Source: the human T2T-CHM13v2.0 reference genome, Homo sapiens
DNA: 64,000 nt
Assembly: GCF_009914755.1 (NCBI RefSeq)
Contig: NC_060928.1
Direction: 5' to 3' (one strand)
In this document: in pieces, positions 1-13,247 of the stretch
Numbering within the stretch: the stretch's first letter is position 1
How the letters are laid out: every line of letters begins with the position of its first letter
Made by a program: the position numbers and the translations under genes
Notes under the pieces: model-generated
Seen by the model: the letters and a program-made list of their open reading frames with translations, nothing else
The model's database searches: none
Told to the model about the DNA's origin: nothing

Positions 1-105
1 TGTTATATAAGTACCTACAGAATATCCTTGATTTTCCCTCTTGGCCTACAAGTTCTAAAATATTTACTTGCTGTAAACTTCACAGAAAAAGTTTGCTGAT
101 CCCTG
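1..105 (+). mobile_element. hAT-Charlie (MER58-like) 3' end
   Basis: Ends in ...AAAATATTTAC...CACAGAAAAAGTTTGCTGATCCCTG, the typical MER58/Charlie1 terminus. Confidence 0.7.
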
Positions 106-749
106 AAATATTTACAAATAATTATAATTTGGTAAATACAGTGATAAAGAATATACCTATAACCTGAGAACTGAAGTTATTATGAAAATAATAACTTGAA
201 GTAAGGAAGAACACCTAAATTAGCTTAGTAGAATGGTTTCAGGAAAGACTTCCTGGAGTAGGTGACATTTAGTCTGAAAAACTAAATAGGAGTTAACGAA
301 ACAAGGGGGATGGGCAGAGGAGTCACCAAGAGGTTGGAGGAGGGTCTTTAGTCGCCCATGGCCAGTTTGAGTCTTGAGATAAGCAGATGCCAGGGTGGAA
401 TTGAATCTGATTAGTTTCAGTTGTTAATAACTCCTAACTTTATATCTCTACCACAGACTCAGTTCCAGTTATAACCAGCTACCAGACAGCGTTTTTAACC
501 AGCTAAGGGAGGTGGGGTGTGCAGAATTCCCTGCTGAGAAGATGCCATAATCTCTACTCTTCCTATAGACATGGATCCTTCTTTCAGGTTCTATTATCTC
601 TGTGGGCCTGTCCTGTTTATTTTTTAAAGTTGTATTGTTTTATATAAAAGATACTTAATAAAATACTTAGGGTTTTTTTTTTAGTGATTGGAATCTGTAA
701 AAAATAAAATTAATTTAAAAAAATCTTTGCAATGATATCCAAAATTTAA

Positions 750-810
750 ATATATATATATATATTACTGGATAGATACATGTATATATATATTTACTGG
801 ATATATATAT

Positions 811-844
<34 letters not shown>

Positions 845-845
845 C
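750..845. repeat. Compound (TA)n/(TG)n microsatellite
   Basis: Directly visible alternating purine-pyrimidine tract. Confidence 0.95.
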
Positions 846-1290
846 TCCAGTAAAAGATAGTGAATAGAACACCTATATGAGCTTATCAATTCTCCTTTCC
901 AAACATCACAAAAATGATGGCAGGAAATAAACTTTTAAAAATTTAGAACCTTAAATAAAAGGAAAACTAGAGATAAAATAACAACAGTGAGAACTGTCAA
1001 AAATAGGTTAAAAACCGGAAAGCATATGATCAAGTAACAATTGACTTCTTAGCTGAACAGAGGAAGTTAAAAGTTAAGTACCTGTAGCTGGGAAAGTCAA
1101 GAAGCAAACTAATTCATTCCTGAAAAGGAATGAATGGAGCTTTCCTTCCTAGAGAAATCAAGGAGAGAAAAGACCTCATACTAAAAACTGGTGGGCTGCC
1201 AAAGATACGGTTGGCTATCTCCTGACAACCTTACACTGAAGCCCAATAATTGAATTTACTTGTCTATGGTAAATGTATGTGTAATTTATT

Positions 1291-2203
1291 TGGGGTCAGC
1301 TACATTATGTAACGAGCCCCTTGTTCAAAAAGCAGAAAAAAGGTGTCATTAAAAATATAAAATATAAAGCTTTTTCCTTTCTTCCTTGGTCTTTTTTTCA
1401 GTTTGTCATGGTTTTTTATTTTTTATTTGCTAGTTAAAATTTTTTCTAAGGAAGGAAAAATTTTAAATTATTAGGCTGAATTTTGTCATTCGTCTTTATA
1501 TTGCATAATGCTAGCTTTAAATGTATATATGTACATTTAACTCCTATGTAGGATCACCAAAATCACACAATTCTTATTTTGTAGTTCATACATGCACATA
1601 TATTTTGTTCTTACCAGAACAGTGGAAACACTACACAAAATTTACTCAATTTTTTATTTCAAGTCTACCAACACATTCTACCAACACTCTCTACCTTTGA
1701 CTTATGGCATCATTACTTTCAGCAAAACCAGCTGTGTAATACTAGGAAACAATGGGAATAAGAAAGGATATCATAGGATTCCTTGCTCATTTGTGTTTCT
1801 TAGAATGCCATTGTCTTCTTTTTGCATTAGAAACAACTCTAGTTCAAATAAAAAACATAGCCTCAAGAGGTTATCAGTATTTATGTTTACTCAGACTTAG
1901 CTGTAACATGTTTACCTTGTGCTAGCTGTGAGTCTCATTAAACTTGTAGGCACCACTGGGTCCCTTGGAATTCTGTGTTCATGGGGTATCTCCAACACTA
2001 TATGCAAACAGGGCAGAAAGTACTGGCAGACGAATTTCATAGTCCAGTGTTCCAACAGGCCTTACTTATAAAATACAGGTTTCGAGACAAAATTATTAGA
2101 ATTTCAAGATACTAACAGTGGAATATTAAGCCGAATATGGGACTCTTTTGAGCATGAGGCCCTGTTCAATTGCACAGGTCTCATGCTCATGAACCTGGGT
2201 CTG
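1291..2203 (-). mobile_element. MER45B-like hAT-Tip100 DNA transposon
   Basis: Both ends resemble reverse-complemented MER45 termini (GGTCAGCTACAT...GCCCCTTGTTCAAAA and GGCCCTG...TGCACAGGTC...CATGAACCTGGGTCTG); ~0.9 kb. Confidence 0.7.
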
Positions 2204-3394
2204 AGTTTATAAGAAAATGCCAAATGGCTGTGCCATATTGCATTCCCACCAGCAACATTTGAAAGTTCCCGCTGATTTGCATCTTTACCAGTAATTGGCA
2301 GTGTCAAACTTTTAAAATATAGCCATTCTAGTAGGTATATAATGATATTCATCTTAATTTGCATTTTCCTAATTAATAATTTCGGTGAATATCATGTGTT
2401 TATTTGCTATCTGGATATCTTCTTTAGTAAAATATTTGTTTAAATCTTTTGCCCAATTAAAAAAATGAATTGTTTTCTTTAGTTTTGAAAGTTCTTCATA
2501 TATTCTGGATATAACTTCTTAATCAGATATATCCTTCACAAATATTTTGTCCCAATCTGTGGCTTGTTTTATTTATTTTTTCACTTTTGCAGGAATCTTT
2601 TGAAGAGCACAAGGTCTTAATTTTTATAAACTCTAATTTTCCAATTTTTTAATAGTTGATGCTTTTTATGTCTTACCTAAGAAAGCTTTACTATCAAAGG
2701 TCACAAAGAATTTCCCCTAGCAATTTATATCGCTTTAGGTTTCACATTTTGATCTATGTACAATTTCAAGTTAATTTCTTTATATGGTGGAGATAGGTTT
2801 TAGCTTCAGTTTTCTGCATATGGATGTTCCAGCACCTTTTACTAACAATGTTTTACCTCATGAAATTACTCTCTCATCTTTGTTGGGATCATTTAATTGA
2901 ATATATGTGGGCATCTTTCTGTACTATCTTTATCTATATAGCTATCCTTACTCCCAATACTACACTGTCTTGAATACTGCAGCTGAATAAGTACTGAAAT
3001 CAGACAGTGGGAGGCCTTTCTTGTTTTTCTGTTTTAAAATCATTTTGCTTATACGAGGTCCTTTGCATTTCCAAACAAAGTTTAGAATATGCCTATCAAT
3101 TTCTACTCAAAAAGCTGCTTATATCTTGATTGAAATTGCACAGATTCTATAGATAAATGTGAGATAAATTTACCCATTAAAAAGTCTTTGAATCCATAAA
3201 CGTGATATGTCTCTCCACTTATTAAGTTTTCTCTCATTTCATTCACCAATGTTTTATAGTTTTCAATATAGAAATTTTCCACATTTTCTTAGATTTATCC
3301 CTTATTATTCATCCTTTTTGATGCTATTGTTATATTTTTTAAATGTCAATTTCTAATTGTTTAATTACAAGTATATAGAGAAATGCAATTTTTT

Positions 3395-4123
3395 AAATTA
3401 TCATTATACTTTAAGTTTTAGGGTACATGTGCACAATGTGCAGGTTAGTTACATATGTATACAGGTGCCATGCTGCTGTGCTGCACCCATTAACTCGTCA
3501 TTTAGCAGTAGGTATATCTCCTAATGCTATCCTTCCACCCTCCCTCCACCCCACAACAGTCCCCAGAGTGTGATGTTCCCCTTCCTGTGTCCATGTGTTC
3601 TCATTGTTCAATTCCCACCTATGAGTGAGAACATGCGGTGTTTGGTTTTTTGTCCTTGCGACAGTTTACTGAGAATGATGATTTCCAATTTCATCCATGT
3701 CCCTACAAAGGACATGAACTCATCATTTTTTATGGCTGCATAGTATTCCATGGTGTATATGTGCCACATTTTCTTAATCCAGTCTATCATTGTTGGACAT
3801 TTGGGTTGGTTCCAAGTCTTTGCTATTGTGAATAGTGCCGCAATAAACATACGTGTGCATGTGTCTTTATAGCAGCATGATTTATAGTCCTTTGGGCATA
3901 TACCCAGTAATGGGATGGCTGGGTCAAATGGTATTTCTAGTTCTAGATCCCTGAGGAGTCGCCACACTGACTTCCACAATGGCTGAACTAGTTTACAGTC
4001 CCACCAACGGTGTAAAAGTGTTCCTATTTCTCCACATCCTCTCCAGCACCTGTTGTTTCCTGACTTTTTAATGATTGCCATTCTAACTGGTGTGAGATGG
4101 TATCTCATTGTGGTTTTGATTTG
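3395..4123 (-). mobile_element. 5'-truncated L1PA (about PA3-PA5) 3' end with 17-bp TSD
   Basis: ORF2 C-terminus (…[13 protein letters not shown]…[10 protein letters not shown]), 3'UTR with ancestral GAG diagnostic; TSD GAGAAATGCAATTTTTT at 3378-3394 and 4124-4140. Confidence 0.95.
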
Positions 4124-4389
4124 GAGAAATGCAATTTTTTTTAAAGTCAGACCTATGGCTAAGAAATACAACTTACTTTTGTATGTTAATCTTATGTTCT
4201 GTGACCTGGCTAAACTCACTTATTAATTTTAGTAGAATTTTAAATAATCTTTGGGAGGGGATGGGGGGCAAATTACACCATCTGAGAATGCTGATAGTTT
4301 TATTTCTTCCTTTATAATCTGTACACCTCTTATTTCTTCTTCTTGCCTCATTGCTCTAAACAGGGCAGTTAATATATGATTTAACAAAA

Positions 4390-4907
4390 TATGATGGTTA
4401 ACATGTCAACTTGATTGTGCCAAAGTGTGCACAAATTAACCATTATTTCTGCATGTGTCTATGAGGATGTATTTGAATGAGATGAGCACTTGAATCAGTG
4501 GATTCAGTAAAATAGATTGCCCTTCCCAGTGTGGGTGGGCATCATCCAATCTGTTGAGGGCCTGAATAGAACAAAATGACAGAGGAAAGAGAAACTCCCT
4601 TCTTTTCTTCCTGTCTGCCTGTTTGAGCCGGGACATTGGCCTTCTCCTGCCCTTAGACTAAGATTCGCACTGATTCTCCCCTGATTCTCAGGCCTTCGGA
4701 CTCAGACTGAAATTATACCACTTTCCTTCATGGGTCTCCAACTTGCAGATGGCAGGTTGTGGGTCTTTTCAGCCTCCATAATCATGTCAGCCAATTCCTC
4801 TAATATCTCAGATATTATGGATATTTGATATCATAATATGGATTATGGAATCGGATGGGAAAGAGATCCATCCTATTGGTTCTGTTTCTCTGGAGCTGAC
4901 TAATACA
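4390..4907 (+). mobile_element. MLT2 (ERVL) solo LTR
   Basis: Starts TGATGGTTAA..TGTCAACTTGA, contains GGGTGGGCATCATCCAATC, ends CCTATTGGTTCTGTTTCTCTGGAG..GACTAATACA. Confidence 0.85.
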
Positions 4908-5217
4908 CACAAGTAGTTAGAACAAATGTATTTTATTTGGTCCTGATTTTTAAAAGAAAATAAATATCTTTCATTATTAAGTATGTCAGCTCTAGTTTTT
5001 TGGTAGATATCCTTTATCAGGTTGAGGACGTTATCTTCTACTCCTAATTTGCTGAGTTTTATTTTTCTTTTTTTGAATCTTGAATGGTTATTACATTTAT
5101 TTCAAATGCTTTGGGAGGGGATGACACAGGAGATCATATGTTGTTTTTGTTTTGTTTCTAGTCTGTTGATATGCAGAGTTACATTGATTACTTTTTAAAT
5201 GGTAAAGCAAACTTGCA

Positions 5218-5310
5218 TTTGTGTTTAAGAATGAGTTACTACATCATAACCAAAAACACTCCATGGTGTATGATGGGGTTATGATGTAGTAACTCATTCT
5301 TAAACACAAA
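5218..5310. repeat. Perfect 34-bp inverted repeat with 25-nt spacer
   Basis: TTTGTGTTTAAGAATGAGTTACTACATCATAACC (5218-5251) and its exact reverse complement (5277-5310). Confidence 0.97.
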
Positions 5311-5514
5311 AGGGTAGACAAAGATCACAAGTCATTTGAGGGAAACCTCTAACATGAGAGAGAAGATAACAATAAACAGAAAAAAATAGCATTTGGAGTA
5401 AATAAAGTATCACTGTCACCTTCAAAGAGATGAGAGAAGATATTGTATGCTAGGTAACATAACATAATATTGTGTGTGTATGCGTGTGTGTGTGTGTGTG
5501 TGTGTGTATTATAT

Positions 5515-5642
5515 ATTGCCCAGGCTGGAGTGCAGTGATGCTCATAGCTCACTGCTACCTCAAACTCCTGGGCTTAAGTGATCTTCTCACCTCAGCCTCC
5601 TGAGTAGCTGTGATTAAAGGTACAAGCCATCATGCCCAGGTA
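5515..5642 (-). mobile_element. Alu right-arm/FRAM-like monomer next to a (TG)n tract
   Basis: GCCCAGGCTGGAGTGCAGTG...CCTCAGCCTCCTGAGTAGCT; (TG)n at ~5471-5507. Confidence 0.85.
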
Positions 5643-5977
5643 ATACTGTATGTTTTTAAAAGAATCATTCAAAGATCCAGAAAGAGCTCCTGTAAATTAA
5701 AAATAGGACATAAAAATTCAGTGGAAAAAGATGACATCTAAGATATTTCTCAGAAAATGAGGGGGGAAGACAATAAGAATAAAATTATCAAGAAGCAGCA
5801 TAAGAAAATTAGAGGTTTAGCATCTGATTAATGGTAGCTCTACAAAGAACAGAGATACTAAACCGGGGTGGGGGTGTGGCAGGTAGAGTAGTTAATAGCG
5901 TTATAATGCAAGAACATTTCTTAAACTGAAAGACCTGAATTTCCAGTGCCCAGCATGATTTTAAACGGCCTATAGTA

Positions 5978-6288
<311 letters not shown>

Positions 6289-6504
6289 TTAATTATTGTG
6301 AAATGTCTGAACACTAGACGAAGGTTTTAGGATAAAGATCCCAAACCTTCCACTGAGGGAAAACAATTTACATTTAAAAACTCAGGAACTAGAATGACAG
6401 ACTTTTCAGCTGCAATTCTGAAAGTCCAGAGACAATAGAGCGCTGCTTTTAATATTTTGAGGTAAAAGAATTTCCAACATTATATTTAGTATAAATGCAT
6501 TTTT

Positions 6505-6833
<329 letters not shown>

Positions 6834-7369
6834 TTAAATCAAAAGAGCAAACTAGAAGGAAAAGGACATAAGACTCAGAAATAAAGAATCAAACACACAA
6901 TAAAGATAAAGAGAATCCCCAGAACAATGATACAAAGAAATTCCAGAATGACATCTATGCAGCAGGCCTAAAGAACAAGTACATATTAGAGTAGGAGAAT
7001 GCAAAGCTCTAATAAGAAAGTCCCTGAAATGGAAAAATGTGTTTGTTTGCCAACCTTGTTGAGAGGAGATTTATGTTTCTGATAGTTTAGGGACATTTAA
7101 GCACACAGAAAACCAAGCAAGCAAACAAAAAAGGACAATTATTTACTCCAGAAGGAAAATAAAATAGCCCAAGAAAATTAATATAATCCAAATACTCTAT
7201 GCAACTCAGTTTTGAGTAATTACGTGGTTGCAATCGTTATAAAGGCTGAATATTGACAAAATTGAAATTGAGATCATTGAATTGGAAAAACAGGGGCATG
7301 AAAGTCTAATGGATAAAACAGAGAAGAAAAATTTTAAATACCATTTTATTGAGTAAATATTTATAGAAT

Positions 7370-7900
7370 ATTTATTGTGGTCTAGGCAGTAAGTGCTTCA
7401 CAAATACTATCCATGTAATCCTGATACTAGGATTAAGGTTAGTATTAATTCCAAGTCAATTGGAATTAAGGTTGGTATTATTAATACCTATATTAATAAG
7501 GTAGTAATTTCTAAGGTTGGTATTACTAATTCCAAGTTTGCTGATGAGCGAGCAAAAACACAGAAAATTTAGTTAATTTCCCCAAGATCAGTGGTTTTCA
7601 ACTGGGGGTGATGTTGCTCCCAACCCCAGGGGACATTTGGCAATACCTAGAGACATTTTTAGTTGTTATAGCTGGGGTGGCAGTGCTGCTGGCATCTAGT
7701 GGGTAGAGGCCAGGGATGCTGCTAAACATCCTGTAGTGCACAGTACAGCTCCCTACCACAAATCATTATCTGGCACAAAATATCAATTGTGCTTTGGTTA
7801 AGAAATAATATCCAGAATGAAAAGGAATGGCAGTGGGAGAGCTGGGATTTAAATCCCAGCAGCTCTTGACCACCTTACTACTCTGCCTTTCAATAGCAGT
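7370..7900 (-). mobile_element. MIR remnant split by MER20
   Basis: AAGTGCTTCACA...GCTGATGAG...TTTCCCAAGATCA / GGAGAGCTGGGATTTAAATCCCAG. Confidence 0.65.
7589..7806 (+). mobile_element. MER20 hAT-Charlie DNA transposon
   Basis: CAGTGGTTTTCAACTGGGGGTGAT...GGGGACATTTGGCAAT...GGCATCTAGTGGGTAGAGGCCAGGGATGCTGCTAAACATCCT. Confidence 0.92.
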
Positions 7901-8323
7901 CTAATGATGTTGTTTAGAAACATGAAGATAAAATCAGAAGAAAAAGCTGGAAGAATTAAAGTGGTTGCTTCTACAAAGACATAACCTGAGATGGAGAATA
8001 AAGGCCATAAACTATTATTGTGCTTTTGTGTGTTGTTTTTCACTGTTCTCTTAAAAGACCTGAAGCACTATTTGAATTGTAATATGCTTATTTTCAAAGG
8101 TTAAACTATTTGTGAACATTCAAATCATAGATAATTTTCAGCTTAATTATTGTTTTCCATATTTGAGAGTATTTATTAAAATGCAGTTTATAAGAGTTTT
8201 CTAGCAGCAAATATTTGTAATGAATGAAAAGAGGGAAAAAGTTTCATGGAGGAGAGAATAAGAGAACTTTTGTCTTGATTGACGTCTTGCACCTCAAGTT
8301 CCAACTTGTGACATAATGAAGCA

Positions 8324-8360
8324 TTTTAAACAGAAAATCTTGAAGATTTTCTGTTTAAAA
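8324..8360. repeat. Perfect 18-bp palindrome with 1-nt spacer
   Basis: TTTTAAACAGAAAATCTT-G-AAGATTTTCTGTTTAAAA. Confidence 0.95.
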
Positions 8361-8997
8361 ATCTGGAAGATAGATTACCAACTCTATCATTACATATATT
8401 AAAACATCAACATTAGAGGAACAGTGAAGTTGTTCAAGAAAACACTGGAAGTGAGTGAAATAAGGATGACACTTTTATTCTTAATAATTATTTTTAAGTT
8501 AATAAATGTGATATAATCTAAAAAGTCATATGGAAAAAACAAATCTAACTTGGAAATTCACCCAATATTTTCTGCCAGTGAGAATGTATCTTTAATTCAA
8601 CAGGATATACGGCAAAGATAGGAAGAAAGATACAAAGTTTATGTTACTACTACAGCAGTACATTGGATCAGCAGATTATCCCACTCCTTAGCCTCAGAGA
8701 AAACAGAAGCCATCTACAAGAAACTTTCCTATCTCTGTTTCCTTACCCACATCTCCATTTTCCTTTCTCAGGTGTTTCTCTTTCTGTTTAAGGTACTTTT
8801 TGTTTTCTTTTGTTTTTTCTGACTAGGTAATTTCACATGTTTCAAAAAGTAAAAGATATCAGCATACAGTAAGAAGTCTTGAACCTGCTGCCATGCACAT
8901 TTACCTCATTCTTCCCAGTTCTCTACAAATAACCATTTTTATAGTCTGAATCCTCTCAGTAATTCTTTATATAAATACAAGCAAATATGGATATGTG

Positions 8998-9000
<3 letters not shown>

Positions 9001-9038
<38 letters not shown>
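9001..9038. repeat. (CA)n microsatellite
   Basis: About 19 perfect AC units. Confidence 0.97.
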
Positions 9039-9040
<2 letters not shown>

Positions 9041-9303
9041 TCTTATATTTCCCATATGCACTCTTCTATGTCTTGCTTTATTTCACATAAAATGTTTTGG
9101 GATACAATTTAATATAGCAAAGTCTGGCCACCTTGAAGATACTTATCATTTAACAACTGAGAAAATTTAATTCCAGAGATTATATTTCCATTAAAAATAT
9201 TAACCACCATAATAATTACTGGACAATTTTTAAGTTTTTCACTTCTCAGATACACTAAAAGAAAAATATTTTTAAAATCAGATGTATGTTTTCTATGTTT
9301 TAG

Positions 9304-9592
<289 letters not shown>

Positions 9593-9614
9593 TGTTTTTA
9601 TGAGTTACTAGTTA

Positions 9615-10029
<415 letters not shown>

Positions 10030-11160
10030 TTAATTTTGCATCATTTTCTGTACTTCTAAATTTTAAATATGCAACTTTATCAAATATTTTAATTTCTCTA
10101 TTTAAAAAAATCCTGAGATAGTCAAAGATCATTTTTCAAATGCTAAAAACCTAAATAATCACATTGAAATCAATTTTTTTCTAGCAAGATTTTAATGGGA
10201 GCTAAGGGGCTTGAGATTGTATAAATAAACCCTCCCTTCTACTCCATGCAACATGGATAACTCATGTGGACACACATTTCTTTGAATGGAGCTCAGAATG
10301 TGGAGTTGGTAGAGGAGAGAAAGAAAAATGTAACACATGACAACTGTACACCAAGTTAACCCCAACATATCTCTACTTCCTGCGGATAAACAGCCTGATT
10401 TGACCTGGAGTTGTGAAATCAAAGGAAGGTGAGAGTTTCTCTGTGGCCCTTCCAAGATTCTCCCAGAGTGCAAAGCCTACCCTAATGCCACAGGAGAATC
10501 CTATTTTATAGTCAGTTGTCTTTGAATAAATGGTGTTTTGCTTCAATTCTAAATGAATATTATCTTTTGGGTACATATTAAATTAGTTTCCTGTCTTCTA
10601 TTTCAAGTGAAAAATTACTTTGCATTTTATGGATTCAACTTATTGCCAGAACTGCTAGAATTGTACTAGCAGACAATCAGAGGGTTTTGCACCATGTCTA
10701 TTTGACTTTCTTATGGCATATGGACATACCCTTGTCTGAAATTTAAAAAAAAAAATACAGAAAAAAATGGAAAGATCAGCTCTATTCCCTAAAACAGGAA
10801 GAGAAATAATTTCAACACATATAAAATAATAAAAGTAAATTCAATATCTATTGAATAACTACCATAGGCAAAGCAATGCAACCTTCTAAAGGTTGAAATT
10901 AGTAATGTGTTACTAGAAATATAATAAAAATGTCAAATACAAATTATATTAGTGCTGTAATAAAATTAAGTCGAGATTCTTCAAAATTATATATGTTCAC
11001 AAGCACAAAAATAACAAAGAAAAATGGTAAGCATGTTGTCAAAATGCAATCGATGATATTTCAATCATGCCACATTTCCCCAGCAGGTGTTCTATTTAAA
11101 GAAATTTGTTATATTTATTCTGGTTGTTTTGTATAACTAAGCTATCTTTTTTTTTCAGTT

Positions 11161-11162
<2 letters not shown>

Positions 11163-11197
<35 letters not shown>
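11163..11197. repeat. (TG)n microsatellite
   Basis: Directly visible. Confidence 0.97.
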
Positions 11198-11203
<6 letters not shown>

Positions 11204-11376
11204 GGTGAAGATGAAGTATAAGAACTCTAAATTCTTTATACAACCTCTATGTATCTTTGAATAGACTATCAATTTTTAAAAACATTATTAATTGGACACA
11301 CCAACTGAGCTGTATGTTCTTATGTGTTATTTGCTGGCACTGATAAGTTTCTGGAAATTAGTAAAACACTTTAAGC

Positions 11377-11378
11377 TA

Positions 11379-11432
<54 letters not shown>
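11377..11432. repeat. (TA)n microsatellite
   Basis: More than 20 TA units. Confidence 0.97.
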
Positions 11433-11434
<2 letters not shown>

Positions 11435-12666
11435 TAATACTGCAGAGGCATGTGAATCAAGTGGTTTGCACAACTGATGTCCAAACAGGAACTTATTTTT
11501 TGTTAAAATATCATTTATCAGGTGCCAAGTGTAATAGGAATTCTCAGGAGCTTCATACTGAATCTACAGGCTTTTTTCTTTGTCTTCAAAAGTACAAGAA
11601 ATCGTTTATTGTTTGTAATCTGTAAAAGTGAAAGTAACAGCAAATATAAAACGCATTTAGGAAAACAGAAAAAGTAAGCCAAATGTAATCTCTAACTCTT
11701 TCAAAATTAAAAATCCCTTTTGAGAAGAAGAAATTTGTAAGTACAAGGCAAATTTGCTAATACGTTTTTGTTTACTTTGTTATAAGTTCAGTATAAAATT
11801 AGCATAATTTCCAAGTACTAGATACCATATTACTAATATAAATACATGCTATTTAGAAAGTGATTACTATAGTAGTTTGAAACAGACAAAATCAAGCAAG
11901 GGTTTTTGCACATATCTTGCAAATATAAACTTAGAACCTTGATTTTACCAAAATTATACGAACCTTATCTTTATTCATGATCATATCAAATAACTACCTT
12001 GGCTCTTTGCCCTCCCAAAACAGGCCTCCTTTTCCTTAAAGCTATTCCATTTACTTGGCTTAATCTATAACTAGAGCAAGACTGAAATAATCATCTATGT
12101 CATCTAAAAAAACCACTTACACAAACGACACTGTGGGAAAAGAGAGAGGCAGTGGCCTGGCACTGATGACTGTCAAACAGGAATTGGGAACTAAACCAAT
12201 GAGCCCTCAAAGACTGGTAATTTGATAGGACACTTTCTATAGTAGCTGAGAAAACAATGATACTTTACATAAAATTTAATCTTTTATAAGATTTTTGCAT
12301 TTTAGTTGATAATTTATATTTTTATCTTACTACTGTGGTTATATTTGAATGTGTTATTAATATAATTAGGTGATATAAATAAAATTAACATATTATTTTA
12401 TGAAAATATTATTGTATTATTCAAAAACCAAATAATCATTTAAAATTTTTTGTTAAATTGAAATAGCTCATAAAGATCTTTCTTATTTAATTAGTGATTG
12501 ATGGAAAAACTTATTGTTACTACATCCAAATAACCTGTTCACCCTACCCTCACCACCCAGTGAACACTAACTCTGTCTGTAGTACCCCCATGTAGTACAG
12601 TACCTAAAGTACCTAAGTAGTTTACTTAGGTAGTACAGTTACCTAAGTAAACTAACATATATTTTC

Positions 12667-12807
12667 TTTTCTTTTTTTTTTGTATTTTTAGTAGAGACGT
12701 GGTTTCACTGTATCAGCCAGGATGGTCTCGATTGCCTGGCCTTGTGATCTGCCCGCCTCGGCCTCCCAAAGTGCTGGGATTACAGGCGTGAGTCACCACG
12801 CCTGGCC
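12667..12807 (-). mobile_element. Left-monomer-only AluY/Sc-type insertion with TSD
   Basis: Left arm plus A-rich linker only; CATATATTTTC at 12656-12666 and 12810-12820. Confidence 0.85.
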
Positions 12808-12824
12808 CCCATATATTTTCAATC

Positions 12825-13247
12825 CCTTCATCTCATGCCTACCTTTTCTAGAAGCTAGAAAAGCTATGTACTTGCTTCCTTGCTTTCCTTGCAATCAGAA
12901 GTGGTCATAAGACATAATTCCGGCCATCAATATGTAGGTGAAAGAATACTAGAGAGAAGTCTTTTGGGGGAAAGTCAGTTTTTCTACATTAAAAAAACGC
13001 AGTTTTCCATCATTCTTTTTCGGTCTTGAAAGAGGATCGAATGTGTGGAATTGCTGCAGTCCTGTTATGACTTTAAGAGGAAGGTAAAGATAATTGCAGT
13101 GATCCTGGATTGGATATTGTTGAGCTACTGCACTGTCAGAAGCAGTTGCCTATTACCTGGTTTCTAATGTGAGAAAATAACCCTTTCTGTTTAAGCCACT
13201 GCTTATCAGATACTCTGTTACTTGGGGCCAATAGTCTTTCTGATGCA
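12825..13247 (+). mobile_element. Old MLT1 (MaLR) LTR
   Basis: CCTTGCAATCAG..GTGGTCAT; 3' part TGTGAGAAAATAACCC...TTTAAGCCACTG...TCTGTTACTTG. Confidence 0.65.

Larger units (their letters stand above)
2204..5217 (-). mobile_element. Old L1M ORF2/3' region, interrupted by an L1PA and an MLT2 LTR
   Basis: Degenerate antisense L1 ORF2 motifs (GCATTCCCACCAGCA, TTTGCATTTCC, ATTCTGGATAT). Confidence 0.8.

Noticed and set aside
1592-1900. 102-aa ORF
   Set aside because: Lies inside the MER45-like element with no transposase similarity.
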